Positions 9,213 to 21,673 of a DNA stretch of 64,000 bases are shown piece after piece (the stretch's first letter is position 1; each line of letters begins with the position of its first letter). Origin of the DNA: Perkinsela sp. CCAP 1560/9 (lineage: Eukaryota; Protista; Euglenozoa: Kinetoplastea); NCBI GenBank assembly GCA_965644495.1, contig CBFFSA010000031.1:34694-98693 (forward strand), given 5' to 3'. The position numbers and the translations under genes were made by a program. The notes beneath the pieces are model-generated. The model had not been told where the DNA came from, searched no databases, and saw only the letters and a program-made list of their open reading frames with translations.

Positions 9213-12010
9213 ATCATCATCTGGCATTTTAGCTTATGTGCCGTCATCACTGTTTTTTTGTGTGTTATCTTGTGTGCTTTTGGCACGATTTCCGGAGCAA
9301 CTTCAAAGATTCAGCATTGCAGACTTCCTACCCAATGTTCTTGGGCCATATATTGCCGCAGTTGCGAGAAGATAGTGTATGCGGAGAATTTTTCAATTTC
9401 CAATTGGAATGCTTCTCGAGTGTTTTCTACGTCTAGGCCTGCCCTATTTGCCAGTGTCTTGAGGAGTTCCTTAGTTTCCTTGTGAAGAAGACCACAATCT
9501 GTTACTAGTATGCAGCGAAAGTATTCTTGGTCCAATCCTTTTTCCTGCACATATTTCCGTTGCTTACGGTCTACCGCATTTTGGAGGAGGGCAACGCTTG
9601 TCTGCCGCTTGTAGCTCCCACAACAAGTGTGCACCACTGTCACATCGTAGAGTATCTCCCCAACATTTGGCCACATTATGGCCAGATCAGGGCCTGAACG
9701 AATTCTCCGAGCACGACAAGGATGATGTTCTGCAGCTTCAGGTGAAATGGAACATTTGCACTTCGTGCAGAAGAAGGAAGAATGAAGGCGTGGTTCTATA
9801 GCGCAGGGTACTCCAGCTTTGGCACAAAGATCGGAAAGGTAGCGCACGATGTGGGAGTGCTTTCTCGTACAGTTCATCCCTGCACATCTTGAACACCCAG
9901 CTACATGTGAAATGATTCCATGTGGTGTTTCCGTGGCGCCGCATCCTGGACAAGTAATTTCATTCGGCGCACCTTGGAGTGCGATACCAAGCCGCATCAT
10001 GAGTGTATATCGGAAGAGATACGGATTCACGTAATTATTTGTCGCTGCCAAGTGGAGATTTGCTTCTTTTGATCGCTTCATAATGCCCGCAAATCTATCC
10101 TTTTGCATCAGTTCTGAAGCCAGTGTTTCATGTTCTAACTTAATCTGCTTTTTGAAATCAGTACGTGCAGCTTGGCTGGAAATTTTCTTGTGGTTGGCAC
10201 CTTTCCGCTCTCCCGTGATATCTACTGGAGCGTTAGTGGGTTTAAGTTGCTCATCAATAGATTTACGGGAAATCGCAAAAAGATAGCGTTGCTTCAATAT
10301 CGTCGATGTTATGCCTAAGCCGCCCATCTTACATGGTAGAGAAGCTAGTCGGAGGGCTTCATCATCTGCATTGCACCATCGTCTCAACACTTTGTGGATT
10401 TCTTTATCAAATACCTCAGCGAGGGAAAACGTTGCCTCTGGAACGTGCACTCTAAGATGATAATCGTGACGTGGAAGAGTACACCGACGCAGGATTGCTA
10501 GCGACAGGTTACTTGGCCCCATCACCCGTAGACGACGAAAAAGGCATTCATGTTTACTCAGCTTTTCAATCAGTTTATGTTCCACAACTTTCGCACTTCC
10601 TATGTATCCACCTAACACTTTGATGGACTGTTCGCATGTTGTGACGCCAAGCTCCTTGAGGTTGGTTTTATTTAATACTTCGTTTGTGTTTCGGAACCAC
10701 TCGCATTTTCCGTAGTTTATATGTAAATTCAAATCCTGGGTAAGTTCACGTAAATGATGAAAAGCTGCCTCCAGTGACTTTACATTCTTTGAGCTCATTG
10801 TAACGTCGTCTTGGTACGCTCGAATTTTTACTTCGGGATAATTTTTGGAGACCTCCTTCAACGGTTGTTGCAGGAGAGAGCAAAAATAGAGCGATGAAAG
10901 TGCTGATCCCTGTCTTACTCCTGAAGAACTTTCTATAATCGAGTGTAATGCATTATTGGCGAAGAAAAGGAGTTCGGAAGGCTGGCCATATTCTAGATAA
11001 AAAAGCCGCATGAAGTGTTTAAAGATCGGCTCCTTAAGCAGTGATTTCGCTATTTCCGTACGATGTGGCGTATTATAAGCATTCTTGAAATCAACTGTGA
11101 GTATAGTGTATCCGTCTTTTCGTTCCTCTAACAACTCATGCACTATTGACTCACAGGCTCTTTCTTGTAGAATACCCCGTTGGATTGGCTGGAAAAGGGT
11201 TTTGAGGGAGCTTTCGTGTCTGTTTAAGAGAATCGAACCGCATATTTTTAGAATTGTGTCGCCCATTGCAACTGGTCGTATGCCGTTTTGCGGCTTTGCT
11301 AGAGCAATTATTCTGCAGCGTGTCAGTCGTTTACGTACGCTTTCTGCCACATCACCATTTATGACGTCACGAAACATGTGGCAAATCGCTAGGCAGGATT
11401 CCTCATCTTCCACTAAAAGTCGCATCATGCTTTCGCTGAAGCCTGTTGGTCCCGGCGCTGCTCCTCGAGATAGTTTTTCTGTTGCCACCCGAAGCTCTGA
11501 TTGCTCAACTACCCCAATTCGTGGAAAATCTTCTTCTAAACGTTTGGGAGTGGGTCCTGTAGGATGGAGCTTTTCAACTTGAAAACTTTCTCTTGCGGTT
11601 CTAGAGATGACTCTCGGTATACATTGTCCAAAATCCGTGTTGCTTTACTCAAATTTCCTGCTTTTGCTGCTGTCAGTGCGTTTCTTATTGACCGCTGATC
11701 GATTGCAAGTTCTTGGCGTTGTTCTTCACTCAGATTTTGGTCATCTAAGAGCTCGCGGTGTCTACGGCGGTGGGATGAACTCTGTTTTCTTTTCAAAGTG
11801 AGACGAACTGTGGCCAGCGAATCCCTTGGAGCATCCAGTAATTTGTGCCATATGGCAGTTTTCTCTGATTCTAAAATGGTTTTAGGGTAGTCTCGTACAA
11901 TGGATCGGAAGATGGCTACTACATGAACTGCAAATGATGGATCGATTTGAACGAATGTCGGTAGAGGTTCATAGTCTTGGTTATTCTCGGCGCTTTCTTC
12001 TTCTTCTTCG
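9213..12010 (-). pseudogene. CRE-like family B, 3' part (RT + RLE) with a frameshift near 11585
   Basis: ORFs 9311..11488 and 11536..11796. Motifs APGPTG, GIRPVAMGD, GVRQGS, YQDD, GGLGI, CPGC..H..C, GPD, YDVTV. Confidence 0.88.
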
Positions 12011-15000
12011 TTTTTTTTTTTTCTTTTTCTTTTGTTTTTGTTGTCTTTTATCTATTATAAAGGTTTACATCAATCAATCAATCAAAACTTTCAGCTGTGT
12101 AGGTCTACGAATTGATAGAACCTAGCCATGCGGCCTTTGGTAGGCTGTCGCGTAATTGCGTGATATAGTCTCCTAAATTTCCTCTCGTATATTTCTTTAT
12201 AAGTATACTTATAAAGAAATCAACTTAATATGCACTTGCGTACATCCAAGTCTTGCCTTGCGAACTTCCCAGAAACTGGCGTAACTGGGCGTAGACTTCG
12301 TTTCCATTTAAGTCTTGGAGTAATAACTTGAAGTCCATCTCCACTGTCTTCCTATCCAACATGGCTGCATCCGCAAGTGCATGTATCAGAAATCTTGTGT
12401 TCTGGTGGAGAGAACCGCAAGAAAAGATCGGAAGGCATTGAAACGCGAACTCTGGAATCATACCGGTTGTAACGTAGGTATCTTTCTTCCGTTTAATTAC
12501 GTCTTGCATTAGTTTCACGCAAGTTTTAGATTGGTTCGATGGCGCAAGCTCGTGTATTATAGACACGTCGTAGAAGATTTCTCCGGTGCTCCAGAAAATG
12601 GCCAGATCCGGCCCCGATCGGTATAGCTGTCGACCGGTGCAACATTTTTCATGAGTCATTTTATTCTCGGGTTCGACCTTTCGGCTACACACACCACACC
12701 GCCACGTACTGAAGGCTCGCGGCTCTTTTTCACACGGTATCCCCGCCTTATTCGCTAAGTCGAACAGGTATTTCACCAAGCTATTATGTTTTGTTGTGGC
12801 ATTAAAACCGTAGCACTGCACGCATCCAGGTATGTGGTGTAGACCAGATTGACTGTTCAGTATTGTTTTGCACCCGGGGCATAACAGCTTCTCAGGTAGA
12901 CGATGATGGGCTATTCCTAACCGCGTCATAATGGCCATCTCGAAGTGTCGCGATGGGACGAATCTAGCGGCAGACGTTAACCAGTCGTAACTTCCCTTGC
13001 GAGTAGTGGCGCTCAGTATTTTGGAAATATTTGGATTCTGTCTCAGTCTCTCCAGTACTTCCTCATGCTCTAAGGCTGCGATCGTTTTGTCATCTGTCGG
13101 GGCTTTCGGTTTTGACCTTCGTTGGCAAGCGCTATATGATTTTCCACTGATCCACTCTGAGCAGAAAAGGATTTTTGTCGCTCATATGAGGAATACAATG
13201 AAGCTTCATACGCTGCTGCGCGAATTTTACTGCAGGACGTCAAACCTAAACCTCCCTTTTTAGCTGGTAACCGAGCCATCTCGATCTGATTCGCCGTTAG
13301 GGATCCAAGCCATGTGCTCAAAACGTCTTCAACTTTCTCATCAAAACAGTCAGCGATCTGCTCAGTGATGTCAGGCGGATGTACACGCACTGCGTACTGC
13401 ATCTTCACGTTTATGCTGTGGGATAATAAACTGAGCGACACATTGTTAAGCCCCATGATCTTCAGCCGACTGAAAGCTAAGTTATGTTGTTCAAGTTGGC
13501 CCGTCAGCCTCTCCGCCACCGTTGTATTCTTGCCAATGAATGCTCCCAACACCTTTGTGGCTTCATTTTCGTTGATGACTCCCGCATTCTCGAGACATGG
13601 CGGAATCGCAATTTGGTTCCACCCGCCGAACCATACACATTTCTTGGCAGCAAGCTCTATAGATTGTTCCCTGACGATTTCTTGGAGTCTGCCGAATGCT
13701 TTTTCGATGTCGGAGGCATTCAGAGATGATATTGTGACGTCATCGATGTATGCGTGTAATTCCACGTTCGGAAATTCCTGGGCCAGCGTCTCTAAAATGG
13801 GTTGCATATAGATACAAAAATAAAGAGAAGCTAACGGCGATCCCTGCCTGAGTCCCGACGAACTTGGCACGACTCCAAACAATTTGTTTTCCGATCCGTA
13901 GAATAGAAGTTCAGAGGTGCCAGAGTATTCGACCTGGAAGAATCTTTGAAATGGTCGCAACGCGCTAAAGGCGAAAACGTGCTTTGCTATTTCTTTCCTG
14001 CATGGAGAATTAAACGCATTTTTAAAATCAATTGCGAGCATCGAATGACCTTTATTGTAACGCTCACGAAGTTTGTGGACTATTCGTTCGCATCCAGCCC
14101 AAGCAAATACTCCCTGTTGCATTGGAGTGAAGAGTGGTGCCAGAGTGTGTTCATACCGTTGCATGAGTACTATTCCAGCCAGTTTGTTGAGAACCTCGCC
14201 CATTGCTACGGGACGCACTCCTCCGTCCCCCTTCGGTATGGCGACCAGCCGAGCCCGGTTTAGACGCTGAGTTACATCCTTCGAGAGAAAGCCGTTTAGA
14301 AGATCGCATATCATGTGACACAAGCTTCCGCAGGACACCTCGTCATCGGTCATGAGGCGCACAATACCGTCAGTCATTCCCGTAGGCCCGGGGCTGACTC
14401 CTTTCGCCAGCCTTTTGGCAGCGCTACGTAGCTCTTCAGGTGTGACCCCAGCCAAGGTGGGCGCGTCTTCGGGTGCCTCAAAGTCACATGGTTTTTGAGG
14501 ATGCAACTCTGTTAACTTGTCCAAAACCTCCTCGTCGGACAAATTGATTGATTTAAACTTTTGACTCAATGTTTTTGCCGCTTTAGACGCGCACCCTTCC
14601 AAAACTAGTCTCTTTGCTTTGTTAATGGCACGTAAATCCTGGGCAGCATCGCTGTCAACCGTCGCCTTCGGAGTGAAAGGTTTACGTCTTTTGCTGCGTT
14701 TATCCACATCTCGTATTGTCGCCAATGATAGTTTCATCGCTGACAATAGCCGATGCCAAATCTGGTTTCGTTGCGCAAAATCGACATTTGCGTAGTTCCG
14801 TATAATATCCCGCAGTGTGGCGACGACGCACGGAATAAATTCTGGACTCACCGTTCGCATGGTTGGGATCGGGAGATGATCAATTCCCTCGTTTCCGCAA
14901 GTCAAATGCTCCGCTAGTTGATGATTTTCCATGAAAGAGTCTCGCCGTACGGTCTCGTCTATCGAGGGAGGGGCCTGGTGCCATAATATACGATAAACTC

Positions 15001-16635
15001 TTACGGCTTCTTGTGGCGGAAGCGTTCCTTTGAATTCGTCGCCGACGCTGTACCCACGAACTCCTTGATACAACATAGATAATTTCCCCAGACCTCCACG
15101 TTTGCTGTGTGTCCGTGTGACTTTCCCGATCGATACGTTGATCTCGTCGTTGCGATCGAATGTCCACACAATGGTGCATTTTGTTCCCGCTTTGATCTGT
15201 TTAGATTGCTTCCATATCTCGTCCCCTGGTATCGGAAATTGGGTTTTAATATTGGTGGTTCCTTCCAAGCTCTCTGCCCATGCTTCGTCTATATGCCTCA
15301 TATCTTCCTCCGCTCCATTTTCTCCGATAAATCGAATTCGCTGCTGCGGAACACTCTTCTCGGCATTTGCTGGCTCACCGTGTACTATGTTGCTGATCCT
15401 TGCCAGCTCGGTCAAACGTATTCCGTCTCCCGTGTTGTCGTCAATCAAGTTTGTTGGAGTTGTCAGTCTGGCATTTTCAATATTTCCTTGCACGTGATTA
15501 GTGGTTTCGTTCCCTATCTGCCTCACGTCGATCTGCTTAAGCAGGTCTTGTGGAGATTCGCAGTCGTGGTAGACAATGTCCTCTCGCGATGTGATTTCGT
15601 CATCCCCCGAGGTTGTACCGCTGATCTTGGTGGGAGTAATCTCGCTAATTTTCTGCGGCGTTGCTCCCTTAGTTAGTCGCGTCACGTGGTCGTCCTTTCT
15701 TGCGTTGATATCACTTTTCCGGATGTTCTTGGGAGATTCCTCGTTCTTCTGATGTGTTGTGTGTGCCTCTGTATTCCTTCCGATTCTTGCCAAAATCTCC
15801 TCATTAACTAAGTTGAGCTTCGGTCTGCGCTTCGGACGGTTCAGAAACTTTGGCTTTCGTGGGGCAGTATTGATCTCCCCTTCTATGTCTCTTACTCGGT
15901 TTTCTTCTGCTCGACTGTCTGGGGTCCGATTATTGCAGTTTTTGTTACTTCCTGGCGTTGTTGCTCCTGGCCTTGTTCCGCACATCTTTCCTTCCTCGTC
16001 CCTCTCTCGGTCCTTTCTCGATCCCACGTCGTCCGCAGTCGTCGCATTTCGTGTGGCCCGATTTCGGCTGAAGTTGATCAATTCGCGCGTAGATGATACG
16101 ATTTTAATTTTTCTGGGTACTGGCAATGGCAGTGGCAACTGGTTATCCACTTTGGACTTCGAGTTTTCTTCCGTGGAAAGCGTCGCAAGCGGATGGCGAC
16201 TCGGTGATTGTGACAAAGGCAGCGCGGCTGGAGGGGGAGAAGGCGCGGCGGGAGGAGAAGGCGGCGCTAAGGGGGGAGTAGAAGGTGGCGCGGCGGGAGG
16301 AGGGGAAGGCGATCGCGTCGTAGGGAACGACAGCGCGCGCGGCAGAGGAGGAAGCGACATTGGGAGCGGCAGCGCTGGAGGTGGTGATGGCGCACGCAGC
16401 GGAGTAGGAGGAGGTGACGGTAGAGGAATTGACGGCTCGCGCGGCGGCGGTGGAGGCGACGTCGGTGGAGGAGAAGCGTCTGACGATGGCGCCCGCCCTA
16501 AAGGGTATTTTTTCTTCCGGCGGGTCGGCGGCAGCGGCTGGACAACGGGAGCTACTCCCGTCTCCTTCGCGCGGCTCCGGGTGAACATGCCCATGAAGGG
16601 TGAGAGAATAAGAAAAGGAAAAAAGACAACAAGGG
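12011..16635 (-). mobile_element. Full-length CRE-like family C, copy 1
   Basis: T-rich tail at 12011-12040. Nearly identical to 28548-33830. The 5' end is defined by where the shared sequence stops (..AAGACAACAAG). Confidence 0.9.
12225..16594 (-). CDS. Pro-rich N-terminus + RT + RLE polyprotein (~1456 aa if the G4/G5 homopolymer indel near 13100 is corrected)
   Basis: ORFs 13070..16735 and 12225..12938 are contiguous in copy 2, which has one more G. Start inferred at the conserved MGMFTR. Motifs YIDD and GPD. Confidence 0.85.
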
Positions 16636-17144
16636 GCGAAACATGGGTTGCTCTTGTTTTCTTCACCGTCTGTCGACATAGAATCTGATTGTGTCGCTTT
16701 TTCGTCTTCGGACTTTGAGGCGTTCGATTCATCATTTTCCGAAGTTTCTATATCGATATTTCCTCGTTCAATTCTGTTTCGCATCGTGTATCTCTTCAAC
16801 TTGATGAGATTCGAATTCTTCGCTTCCACTTGATCATGAATTTCGTGGTCAGCCCAAATTGGAGAAATGTCTTTTCCTGTGCTTTGACTGATAACCCTAA
16901 TTCGTGGTGTCTTCTTGGGTTTCGGTGCGGTCTCACTTTTATTGTAGCTCGGCTCGGTGATTCTGGTGTTCGGAGAAGCGCTACAGCGTCCTTCGCTACA
17001 ATCATCCTTCCGGGTAGCTTGCAGAAAATTTCCCGATGTCGCCCCGATGTCGTCCGTGAAGTGTTTTCCAAATCTCGCTTGACGAGCGAACATGTTTAAG
17101 TAATCTCAATTAAAAAAAAACAACAAGCAACAAGGTACAGAAAG
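16636..17144 (-). pseudogene. CRE family B 5' part (5'UTR and N-terminus)
   Basis: PKKTPRIRV..WADH..SDSMSTDG aligns with PKKIPRIRI..WADH..SDTMSTDG of ORF 792..1778. Confidence 0.8.
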
Positions 17145-17723
17145 TCTGTGCAAGTTATGAATCGCTTGAAAAGAGCGCGTCTAATTGGCATCCCGAAACA
17201 AGGTGGGGGAGTGCGTCCCATCTCGGTAGGAGAAGTATTCTTGAAGTTAGCCGACCTCTTGCTTGTGATGCGACATGAACATACCCTGGAAAAGCTTTTC
17301 GCGCCGTTGCAGTTCGGGGTCTCGGTGAAGTCCGGTTGCGAGAAGGTCGTGCATCGTCTCCATGACCACTTTCTGGCAGGAAACGCAATACTCTCTATCG
17401 ACCTGGCCAACGCCTTCAATTCACCGCCGCGAAGCGAAATAGCGAAAGCAGTTTTCGGTTTACACACCTTGCGCCCTTTTCACCGCCTTTTCCACGCGGA
17501 ATACTCCGAAGCGTCTGAGCTACTCTTCTACGGAAGGGATGGCCATTATCATGGCTCTGTCGAAAGTACGGCGGGTGTACGCCAAGGATCCCCCCTCTCG
17601 ACATTGTTCTTCTGCGCATTTCTTCAACCTATACTAGAAACAATCGCCTCCGAGTTTCCAGACGTTAAACTATTTGCTTATGTGGATGATATCAATTTGG
17701 TCTCAGAAAATACGAATTCCATT
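17145..17723 (+). pseudogene. CRE family D' piece 1 (RT core)
   Basis: Motifs GVRPISVGE, DLANAFNS, GVRQGSPL, YVDD. The reading continues at 28074. Confidence 0.85.
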
Positions 17724-17883
17724 TTTTTTTTTTTTTTTTTTTCCCCGAGTCATTTCTTGGAGGCATTTCTCCTGTGAAATCCTATGACAGGAAGCCACGG
17801 GCGAAACATCACCTTCCCCCCTTCTCTCGTGAGAGAAACTACCTCCAAAAATAACTAGAACAGAACTTACAAGTAAATGAATA

Positions 17884-18792
17884 AATTTTCTTTTTTAGGC
17901 TCTTCGTTAAACGCGGTGGTTGCTTTCAACTTAGAAGTCACTCATGCTGCGCGCTTCGCGTTGAAAACTACCGCCGCGTTTAACGAAGAGCCTAAAAAAG
18001 AAAATTTAGCCTGGAAAACGGAAAGATTATAGCCAAAAATAGCCGAATTTCGGGTACAAATGGGGTCATTTTCGCATATTTTTGCTCTCAGAGCACTAAA
18101 TCCGACATTTGCGCGTGGGAAATCACTCGCAGGCATGAATGAAAGCCTACCGAACGTATTGGGTAGAGAATACGACTCCAACCATACCATTCTTTCGACA
18201 CAAAAATGCCCCTTTAGGTCCGAAAAATACTTTTTCACCTTTTTTAGTCAAAAGTGGGTCATTTTGAGGGGCGCACCACAGTTCGAAGAAGTGATACCTT
18301 GCGAAAACAACTGCGTAGAAAGCTAGTGTAGGTCCCAAACTATCAAAATACAATAGGGGAAACGATTTTGGAAAAATATTTTTTTTGTCATTTTTTTCGC
18401 CAAGTTGAATTTTTTTTCGAAAAAATTTTTCCGAAAAAATCCGAACTTGGCGGACCCGTCCTGCGGATACGCGGGGGGTTCACCCCAGGGTAGGGGGGTG
18501 GAAAATGCGCGCCAAGACCCCGGCTACCCTTTCTGCGGTTTTTTTTCGAAAACTAATTTTTTCGAAAAAATTTGATCGACCATGCCCCCCCCCCCTGGAC
18601 CCCCCCCCTGGACCCCCCCCCTGGACCCCCCATTTTTTTCAAAAAAATTTTTCAGTTTTGGACCACCGGAGCCCCCTTTTATATTTTTTTCTTCTATTAT
18701 ATTACTGTGTTCCTCTTTATATTTTCACTGTTTTTGTTCACTTTTTTTTCAATAATCGAGTGTAGAGCGGTAGTTTTACAACCACCGCAATA
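17884..18792. mobile_element. ~0.9-kb non-autonomous hairpin element (Helitron2/Helentron-derived, HINE-like)
   Basis: Left fold-back of ~120 bp, central (GGACCCCCCCCT)n, right hairpin GCGGTAGTTTTACAACCACCGC-AATA. Further copies at 50487-51421 (inverted), 57562-58340 and 58341-59242. Confidence 0.7.
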
Positions 18793-18935
18793 AATAGATA
18801 AATAAATACGCTAACCTGGAAATGTCTATAAGTATTTCGTATTGGCGCTACCCCCCATTGTATGGGGGTAGTTCTAACTAAGCTTACGCGTCTTTGTAAG
18901 CTAAATCTTATAATTCTATATATTTAATATTTGAC

Positions 18936-21673
18936 CTACGATAGTGCTTTGCTCATTTGAGAACACAGCACAGTGCCGTTTAACTCCTGGAGGTGCATTA
19001 TGAAATCTTGCACAACGATATCGCGATCACGCCCGCTAGCATCGGCCAGAGATTTCAGGAGAGCCAGGCCACTTTTGTTCATTGCTCCTCCGGCGAGTAT
19101 TGATACGCATGTAAATTTTTCATGAGGCATTAGATCCGAGTTAACATACGTGTCGACTTTGCGTTTTTCGGCTTCCTGCATTAGCTGATTGCTCCGTTTA
19201 CCGAGATTCGTCTTGGATATTTCATTTATGATAGTGAGGTCATAGAATATCTCACCGGACGCCCAGTAAATTGCTAAGTCTGGTCCGCTGCGATGGAATG
19301 ATGCGGTTCCACACTTTTTCTGATGTTCATGTTTGCGCTGTTCATTCACCGATTCATTACATTTCAGGCATCGATAAGTGGTGAATTGTCTCGGTTCCCG
19401 CTCGCATGGGATTCCGGTCTGAAGACAGAGGTCGTAAATATGACGAACGAGAGCATGATGTCGCGTTGTCGCATTTGCGCCTGTGCATTTAACGCAACCG
19501 AGCAAGTGTGCTAGAAAGTGTTTTGATTCGAGAATCATTTTGCATCCAGGGCATATGATTTTGTCCGGCATACTCTTGTGCGCAAGACCAAGTCGTGCCA
19601 TCACCATTAGAGAGAATTGAGATGATGGAATATATCTCGTTTTTCCTTGCAACCAATCGTGATTACCCTTTTCACTGCACGCCTTTACCAAAGGTGCCAA
19701 CTCCTCGTTTTTCTTTGTCAGCTCTTGATACGTCTTCTGATTGAGCATAGCCTCCGTTGCGGGGCCATCATTTACTGATTCGCTGTCCTGCGCTATACCT
19801 TCGTCGCACGTTAATCGAGCTGATTTTGGTTTACATTGCTCAAGAGAAACGCGTTTAGAAGAGTTGTACGCGGACGTACGAGAGTCAGTAGATGATGGCA
19901 GGCCGAGCCCACCTTTCTTCATCGGCAACCGGCACCAAGCGATGTGTTTATCTGTCATTTTGCCAAGCCATGTGTTCAACACCGCTTCAACATCGCTGTC
20001 GAATTTTTTGCATAGTTTTTCCGATGCTATTGGTGTGTGTACCCGGGTGTGGTACCTATGTCTAATGTTTACGCTTTTCGATAGTAGAAGTAGTGATATG
20101 TTGTTTAAACCCATGCGCTTGAGACGTCGGAATATGGCTTCGTGCTTTTCAAGCTTCTGTGTCAGACATTCACTGACTACTTCGTCGTTGCCTATGTATG
20201 CACCTAGGGTCTTTGTCGCTGAATGCTTGATTTTCACTCCTTCTGCTTCAAGTTCTGCTGGGATTGGTATATCATGCTTTCCGCCAAACCACACGCATTT
20301 GTGTTTGGCCATTTTGACTCGTTTCTCCGCTAGGAGGCCGTGTAGACGACTGAATGCATCAGCTAACGCTTGTTGGTCCTCAGATGCTAGGTTTATGTCG
20401 TCGATGAATGCGAAGATTTTTACTTGTGGAAATTCCATTGCCGGGGTTTCTATGATAGGCTGCATAAATGCGCAAAAGTACAAGGTAGATAACGGAGATC
20501 CTTGTCGTACTCCAGCTGAGCTATATATCGTCTCGTAATGCTCACCGTTTTTTCCGTAATATAAAAGCTCAGAGGCCTCCGAATATTCCGCGTGAAAGAA
20601 TCTACGAAAAGGGCGCAATGTGCATAGGCCGAAAACGACTTTTGAGATGTCGCTACGCATAGGCGAGTTAAAGGCATTAGCGAGATCGATTGATAGAATG
20701 GCTTTGCCTTCTTGATAATGGCTATGAAGACGGTGCACTACTTTTTCGCATCCAGACTGTACAGATACTCCAAATTGTAACGGGGCGAAGAGTTTTTCGA
20801 GTGTATGTTCGTGCCGTGCTACTAATACGATTCCCGCCAGTTTCAGGAAGACTTCGCCTACGCAGATTGGTCTGACGCCTTTGTCTGCCTTTGGTAACGC
20901 TACCAAGCGTGCTCGTTTCAGACGATTCATTACTTGTTTTGACAGAAGTCCATTTATCAGATCCGCAAACATATAACACATGGAGACGCAACAAATTTCG
21001 TCGTCCAAGAGGAGCCGAATTATTGTGTCAGTGGTTCCCGTAGGTCCTGGTGCCGATCCTTTGGCAAGACGCCGACCTGCGTCCCTGAGTTCTTCGGTGG
21101 AAATGATGGCTATCTCAGGAGAGTCATCCGGGAGCTCAAAGTTTTCATGATTCTGCGGATGCAGGTCCCGTAGTTTGGCGCATACATCGTCGTCTGTTAG
21201 TTCCTGTGGTCGCACTTCCTGATCTAGCACTTTTGTTGCCTTAGAGACACACCCTTCTAGGGCCAGGCGGGTCGCTTTTTTTATGGTGCGTGCTTCTGTT
21301 TTGCTCAGTTCCTCCGCATCTCCAGCGTTTTCATCCGGGATCGGCCGTTTTCTTCTTCGTCGAATCGACGCGGTTCTCACTACTGTTAACGAGTGCTTCA
21401 TTGCGGATAGGACCCTATTCCAAATGTCGTTTCTGTCATCATACGAGTTGGTGGCGTAATTCCGCATAATGTCCCGGTAAATTGCTACGACACATGGTGC
21501 GAAATCGGCATGAATCGCTCGGAGCTTCGGCATCGGCGCTAAATCCAAATCTTCTTCAGTGTGTTGTGTGACGGGTGGGCTGGCAACCGGTATTGAGTTC
21601 ATATGTTTATCCATAGCGGACTGTTTTTTAAGCCACTGAATCTTATATATTCGAACATTCGCTTGCGGGGGAA
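18936..21673 (-). pseudogene. CRE family D ORF, 3' part (RT + RLE)
   Basis: ORF 18936..21614 with FIDD, CPGC, RHH, GPD. Joins in frame with 26644-28045 once the insert is removed. Confidence 0.9.

Noticed and set aside
12038-16632. 12-bp terminal inverted repeat (TTGTTGTCTTTT) around CRE-C copy 1
   Set aside because: It is low complexity, the left arm derives from family E's UTR, and the element is a non-LTR retrotransposon.
15759-16688. Gly-rich + strand ORFs (also 27570, 32956, 40422) and the repeat ORF at 55602
   Set aside because: They are antisense shadows of Pro-rich or repeated coding sequence.
18505-18793. Small PPPWT/PPLD-repeat ORFs (also near 50500 and 58800)
   Set aside because: They are translations of the non-coding GGACCCCCCCCT repeat in all frames.
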